Assembly: GCF_006345805.1 (NCBI RefSeq)
Contig: NW_021834093.1
Span: 1 to 17,240, forward strand
DNA: 17,240 nucleotides
Reading direction: 5' to 3'
Source: Octopus sinensis
Lineage: Eukaryota
In this document: positions 11,730 through 17,240 of the stretch, one piece after another
Position numbering within the stretch: position 1 is the stretch's first letter
Layout of the letters: every line of letters starts with the position of its first letter
Made by a program: the position numbers and the translations under genes
The notes under the pieces: model-generated
What the model saw: the letters and a program-made list of their open reading frames with translations, nothing else
What the model was told of the DNA's origin: nothing
Database searches by the model: none

Positions 11730-14700
11730 CGGCGACGCGGCCGGCGGGGGGGCCGGAGCAGGCGCGAGGCCGCGGCGGGGAGCGCGGCAGAGAGCGGCGT
11801 GAGCCGGCGCGGCCGCCGCCGGGGCCGCCCGCCAGCGGGGGCGGGAGGGGGGGCGCGCGCCGGGCGGCGACGCGGCCGGCGGGGGGGGGGGGCCGGAGCA
11901 GGGCGCGAGGCCTCGCGGGGGACGCGGCAGAGAGCGGGCGGGAGCCCGGCGCGGGCCGCCGCCGGGGCCGCCCGCCAGCGGGGCGGAGGGGGGGGCGCGC
12001 GCCGGGCGGCGACGCGGCCGGCGGGGGGGCCCGGAGCAGGGCGCGAGGCCGCGCGGGAGCGCGGCAGAGAGCGGCGGGAGCCCGGCGCGGGCCGCCGCCG
12101 GGGCCGCCCGCCAGCGGGGGCGGAGGGGGGGGGCGCGCGCCGCGGCGACGACGCGGCCGCGGGGGGGGCCGGAGCAGGGGCGCGAGCCGCGCGGGAGCGC
12201 GGCAGAGAGCGGCGGGAGCCCGGCGCGGGCCGCCGCCGGGCCGCCCGCCAGCGGGGGCGGAGGGGGGGGGCGCGCGCCGGGCGGCGACGCGGCCGGCGGG
12301 GGGGCCGGAGGGGCAGCGGCGCGAGCCGCTCGGGAGCTCGGCGCGGCAGAGAGCGGCGGGAGCCCGGCTCGGGCCGCCGCCGGGGCCGCCCGCCAGCGGG
12401 GGGCGGAGGGGGGGGGGCGCGCGCCGGGCGGCGACGCGGCCGGCGGGGGGGGGCCGGAGCAGGGCGCGAGCCGCGGGGGGAGCGCGGCAGAGAGCGGCGG
12501 GAGCCCGGCGCGGCGCCGCCGCCGGGGGCCGCCCGCCAGCGGGGGCGGAGGGGGGGGGCGCGCGCCGGGCGGCGACGCGGCCGGCGGGGGGGGCCGGAGC
12601 AGGGCGCGAGGCCGCGCGGGGAGCGCGGCAGAGAGCAGCGGGAGCCCGGCGCGGCCGCCGCCTGGGCCGCCCGCCAGCGGGGGGCGGAGGGGGGGGGCGC
12701 GCGCCGGGCGGCGACGCGGCGGCGGGGGGGCCGCCGGCAGGGCGCGAGGCCGCGCGGGGAGCGCGGCAGAGAGCGGCGGGAGCCCGCGCGGGCCGCCGCC
12801 GGGGCCGCCCGCCAGCGGGGGGGAGGGGGGGGGCGCGCCCGGCGGCGACGCGGCCGGCGGGGGGGCCGGAGCAGGGCGCGAGGCCGCGCGGGAGCGCGGC
12901 AGAGAGCGGCGGGAGCCCGGCTCGGGCCGCCGCCGCCGGGGCAGCCCGCCAGCGGGGGGCGAGGGGGGGGCGCGCGCCGGCGGCGACGCGGCCGGGGGGG
13001 GGCCGGAGCAGGGCGCGGAGGCCGCGGGGAGCGCGGCAGAGAGCGGCGGGAGCGGCGCGGGCCGCCGCCGGGGCCCGCCCGCCAGCGGGGCGGAGGGGGG
13101 GGGGGCGCGCGCCGGGCGGCGACGCGGCCGGCGGGGGGCCGGAGCAGGGCGCGAGGCCGCGCGGGGAGCGCGGCAGAGAGCGGCGGAGGGCCCGCGCGGG
13201 GCGCCGCCGGGGGGGGCCCGCCCGCCAGCGGGGGCGGAGGGGGGGGGGGCGCGCGCCGGGCGGCGGCGACGCGCCGGCGGGGGGGGCCGGAGCAGGGCGC
13301 GAGGCGCGCGGGGAGCGCGGCAGAGAGCGGCGGGAGCCCGGCGCGCGCCGCCGCCGGGGCCGCCCGCCAGCGGGGGGGGGGGGGCGGAGGGGGGGGCGCG
13401 CGCCGGGCGGGCGGCGACGCGGCCGGCGGGGGGCCGGAGCAGGGGCGCGAGGCCGCGGGGGGAGCGCGGCAGAGAGCGGCGGGAGCCCGGCGCGGCCCGC
13501 CGCCGGGCCGCCCGCCAGCGGGGGGGGCGGAGGGGGGCGCGCGCCGGGCGGCGACGCGGCCGGCGGGGGGCCGGAGCAGGGCGCGAGGCCGCGCGGGAGC
13601 GCGGCAGAGAGCGGCGGGAGCCCGGCGCGGCCGCCGCCGGGGCCGCCCGCCAGCGGGGGCGGGAGGGGGGGGGCGCGCGCCGGGCGGCGACGCGGCCGGC
13701 GGGGGGCCGGAGCAGGCGCGAGGCCGCGCGGGGAGCGCGGCAGAGAGCGGCGGGAGCCCGGCGCGGGCCGCCGCCGGGGGGCCGCCCGCCAGCGGGGGCG
13801 GAGGGGGGGGCGCGCGCCGGGCGGCGACGCGGCCGGCGGGGGGGGCCGGAGCAGGGCGCGAGGCCGCGCGGGGAGCGCGGCAGAGAGCACGGGAGCCCGG
13901 CGCGGGCCGCCGCCGGGGCCGCCCGCCAGCGGGGGGCGGAGGGGGGGGGCGCGCGCCGGGCGCGCACGCGCCGGCGGGGGGGCCGAGCAGGGCGCGAGGC
14001 CGCGCGGGGAGCGCGGCAGAGAGCGGCGGGAGCCCGGCGCGGCCGCCGCCGGGGCCGCCCGCCAGCGGGGCGGAGGGGGGGGCGCGCGCCCGCCGGCGCG
14101 ACGCGGCCGGCGGGGGGGCCGGAGCAGGGCGCGAGGCCGCGCGGGGAGCGCGGCAGAGAGCGGCGGGAGCCCGGCGCGGCCGCCGCCGGGGCCGCCCGCC
14201 AGCGGGGGGGGGAGGGGGGGGGCGCGCGCCGGGCGGCGACGCGGCCGGCGGGGGGGCCGGAGCAGGCGCGAGGCCGCGCGGGGAGCGCGGCAGAGAGCGC
14301 GGGAGCCCGGCGCGGGCCGCCGCCGGGGCCGCCCGCCAGCGGGGGGGCGGAGGGGGGGGGCGCGCGCCGGGCGGCGACGCGGCCGGCGGGGGGGCCGGAG
14401 CAGGGCGCGAGGCCGCGCGGGGAGCGCGGCAGAGAGCGGCGGGAGCCCGGCGCGGGCCGCCGCCGGGGCGCCGCCCGCCAGCGGGGGCGGAGGGGGGGGG
14501 GGCGCGCCCGGGCGGCGACGCGGCCGGCGGGGGGGCCGGAGCAGGGCGCGAGGCCGCGCGGGAGCGCGGCAGAGACGGCGGGAGCCCGGCGCTGGCCGCC
14601 GCCGGGGGGCCGCCCGCCAGCGGGGGCGAGGGGGGGGGCGCGCGCCGGGCGGCGACGCGGCCGGCGGGGGGCCGGAGCAGGGCGCGAGGCCGCGCGGGAG

Positions 14701-17240
14701 CGCGGCAGAGAGCGGCGGGAGCCCGGCGCGGGCCGCCGCCGGGGCCGCCCGCCAGCGGGGGCGGGGGGGGGGGGGGGGCGCCGCCGGGCGGCGACCGCGG
14801 CCGGCGGGGGGGCCGGAGCAGGGCGCGAGGGCCGCGCGGGGAGCGCGGCAGAGAGCGGCGGGAGCCCGCGCGCCGCCGCCGCCGGGGGCCGCCCGCCAGC
14901 GGGGGGCGGAGGGGGGGGGCGCGCGCCGGGCGGCGACGCGGCCGGCGGGGGGGCCGGAGCAGGGCGCGAGGCCGCGCGGGGAGCGCGGCAGAGCGGCGGG
15001 AGCCCGGCGCGGGCCGCCGCCGGGCAGCCCGCCAGCGGGGGCGGAGGGGGGGGGCGCGCGCCGGGCGGGCGACGCGGCCGGCGGGGGGCCCGGAGCAGGG
15101 CGCGAGGCCGCGCGGGGAGCGCGGCAGAGCGGCGGGAGGCCCGGCGCGGGCCGCCGCCGGGGCGCCCGCCAGCGGGGGCGGAGGGGGGGGCGCGCGCCGG
15201 GCGGCGACGCGGCCGGGCGGGGGGGCCGGAGCAGGGCGCGAGGCGCGCGGGGAGCGCGGCAGAGAGCGGCGGGAGCCCGGCGCGGGCCGCCGCCGGGGCC
15301 GCCCGCCAGCGGGGGCGGAGGGGGGGGGGGCGGGCGCCTCCGGCGGCGACCTCCGGCGGGGGGCCGGAGCAGGCGCGAGGCCGCGCGGGAGCGCGGCAGA
15401 GAGCGGCGGGAGCCCGCGCGCGCCGCCGCCGGGGCCGCCCGCCAGCGGGGGCGGAGGGGGGGGGGCGCGCGCCGGGCGGCGACGCGGCCGGCGGGGGGGC
15501 CCGAGCAGGGCGCGAGGCCGCGCGGGGAGCGCGGCAGAGAGCGGCGGGAGCCCGGCGCGGGCCGCCGCCGGGGCCGCCCGCCCAGCGGGGGCGGCGGAGG
15601 GGGGGGGGCGCGCCGCCGGCGGCGACGCGGCCGGCGGGGGGGCCGGAGCAGGGCGCGAGAGGCCGCGCGTGGAGCGCGGCAGAGAGCGGCGGGAGCCCGG
15701 CGCGGGCCGCCGCCGGGGCCGCCCCAGCGGGGCGGGGGGGGGGGGGGGGCGCGCGCCGGGCGGCGACGCGGCCGGCGGGGGGGGCCGGAGCAGGCGCGAG
15801 GCCGCGCGGGGAGCGCGGCAGAGAGCGGCGGGAGCCGGCGCGGGCCGCCGCCGGGCCGCCCGCCAGCGGGGGCGGAGGGGGGGGGCGCGCGCCGGGCGGC
15901 GACGCGGCCGGCGGGGGGGGCCGGAGCAGGGCGCGAGGCCGCGCGGGGGCGCGGCAGAGAGCGGCGGGAGCCCGGCGCGGGCCGCCGCCGGGGCCGCCCG
16001 CCAGCGGGGCGGAGGGGGGGGCGCGCGCCGGCCGGCGGCGACGCGGCCGCGGGGGGGGGCCGGAGCAGGGCGCGCGAGGCCGCGGGGGAGCGCGGCAGAG
16101 AGCGGCGGGAGCCCGGCGCGGGCCGCCGCCGGGGCCGCCCGCCAGCGGGGGCGGAGGGGGGGGCGCGCGCGCCGGGCCGTCGACGCGGCCGGCGGGGGGG
16201 CCGGAGCAGGGCGCGAGGCCGCGCGGGGAGCGCGGCAGAGAGCGGCGGGAGCCCGGCGCGGGCCGCCGCCGGGGCCGCCCCCAGCGGGGGGCGGAGGGTG
16301 GGGCGCGCGCCGGGCGGCGACGCGGCCGGCGGGGGGGCCGGAGCAGGCCGCGGGGCCGCGCGGGGACGCGGCAGAGGCGGCGTGAGCCCGGCGCGGGCCG
16401 CCGCCGGGCCGCCCGCCAGCGGGGGGCGGAGGGGGGGGGCGCGCTCCGGGCGCGGCGGCGACGCGGCCGGCGGGGGGTCCGGAGCAGGGCGCGAGGCCGC
16501 TGGGAGCGCGGCAAGAGCGGCGGGAGGCCCGGCGCGGGCCGCCGCCGGGGCCGCCCGCCAGCGGGGGCGGAGGGGGGGGGCGCGCGCCGGGCGGCGACGC
16601 GGCCGGCGGGGGGGCCGGAGGGCAGGGGCGCGAGGCCGCGCGGGAGCGCGGCAGAGAGCGGCGGGAGCCCGGCGCGGTCCGCCGCCGGGCCGCCCCCAGC
16701 GGGGGCGGAGGGGGGGGGGGCCGCGCCGGCGGCGACTCGCCGGCGGGGGGCCGGAGCAGGGGCGCGGGATGCCGCGCGGGAAGCGCGGCAGAGAGCGGCG
16801 GGAGCCCGGCGCGGGCCGCGCCGGGGGGGGGGGTGCGGCCCCATCGGGGGCTGAGTGGGGGCGCGCGCCGTGGCGGCGACGCGGCCGGCGGGGGGCCGAG
16901 CAGGGCCGAGGCCTCGCGGGGAGCGCGGCAGAGAGCTCGGGACCCGGCGCGGGCCGCCGCCGGGGCAGCCCGCCAGCGGGGGCGGAGGGGGGGGGGCGCG
17001 CCGCGGGGCGCGCGCCGTCGGCGACGCGGCCGGGGGGGGCCGGACAGGGCGCGAGGCCGCGCGGTGAGCGCGGCAGAGAGCGGCGTGAGCCCGGCGCGGG
17101 CCGGCCGCCGCCGGGGCCGCCCGCCAGCTGGGGCGGAGGGGGGGGGGCGCCGCCGGGCGCGACGCGGCCGCGGGGGGCCGGAGCAGGGCGCGAGGCCGCG
17201 CGGGAGCGCGGCAGAGAGCGGCGGAGCCCGGCGCGGCCGC

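Larger units (their letters stand above)
11617..11754 (+). repeat. Reference monomer: exact copy of the 138-bp majority consensus
   Basis: Read directly from the sequence; the next GGAGCAGG starts at 11755. Base counts are 81 G, 46 C, 11 A, 0 T, with 29 CpG and GC skew (G-C)/(G+C) of about +0.28. G-run lengths (G9, G7) are the least certain part of the consensus. Confidence 0.9.
1..17240. repeat. Head-to-tail tandem array (satellite/long VNTR) of a 138-bp, 92% GC unit, ~125 copies, open at both window ends
   Basis: The anchor GGAGCAGGG, or a recognisable variant, was counted by hand 124 times from 123 to 17180 (mean spacing ~138.7 bp), plus a partial unit at 1-122. All copies have the same orientation and there is no intervening unique sequence. 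Individual units range from roughly 132 to 153 bp because of small indels, mostly in G runs and CG/CCG iterations. Confidence 0.98.

Noticed and set aside
87-16844. Giant ORFs of 1,100-3,700 aa on both strands, plus the smaller ORFs in the track
   Set aside because: The consensus has no T, so no stop is possible in any frame. The ORFs overlap in several frames on both strands, their starts and stops come from sporadic variants (all three - strand stops are the same GCGA>GCTA change at 2990, 5776 and 6897), and the peptide phase shifts at almost every unit. Not called as CDS.
1-17240. CRISPR array
   Set aside because: There are no unique spacers: the entire 138 bp repeats contiguously. No leader or cas gene is present.
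1-17240. PE_PGRS, collagen-like or other Gly/Ala/Pro-rich repeat gene
   Set aside because: There is no GGAGG/GGNGG or Gly-X-Y periodicity, no conserved frame in the sequence as given, and no N-terminal domain.
1-17240. Unsplit SMRTbell or fold-back chimeric read
   Set aside because: That would give alternating orientations separated by an A/T-containing adapter. All units here are co-oriented and no adapter-like sequence is present.
1-17240. rRNA expansion segment, rDNA spacer, herpesvirus reiteration or anellovirus GC-rich region
   Set aside because: Only the composition is similar. I recognise no conserved rRNA core or viral sequence, so any assignment needs a database search.
1-17240. 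Nucleosome-phased satellite
   Set aside because: 138 bp is shorter than the 147-bp core, and there is no 10-bp AA/TT periodicity because T is absent and A is rare.

Overview
The whole 17,240-bp window is one uninterrupted head-to-tail tandem array (satellite or very long VNTR) of a 138-bp unit, about 125 copies, running off both ends. I found no unique sequence, no orientation switch, and no supportable gene, RNA gene, mobile element or CRISPR array. The consensus, present exactly at 11617-11754, is GGAGCAGGGCGCGAGGCCGCGCGGGGAGCGCGGCAGAGAGCGGCGGGAGCCCGGCGCGGGCCGCCGCCGGGGCCGCCCGCCAGCGGGGGCGGAGGGGGGGGGCGCGCGCCGGGCGGCGACGCGGCCGGCGGGGGGGCC (81 G, 46 C, 11 A, 0 T; 92% GC; 29 CpG). With no T on the + strand, the consensus cannot form a stop codon in any frame, so the giant ORFs in the track are best read as compositional artefacts. 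The most informative signal is the variation between copies. Almost every T sits at a consensus G, C>A is the other recurrent change, and CpG C>T transitions are essentially absent. T density is zoned (about 19/kb at 1-7080, 3/kb at 7081-16260, 19/kb at 16261-17240; hand counts). Together with indels in nearly every unit, this may reflect long-read error on a near-homogeneous array rather than real divergence. I cannot name the organism or repeat family, and the sequence alone does not support a novel gene system.
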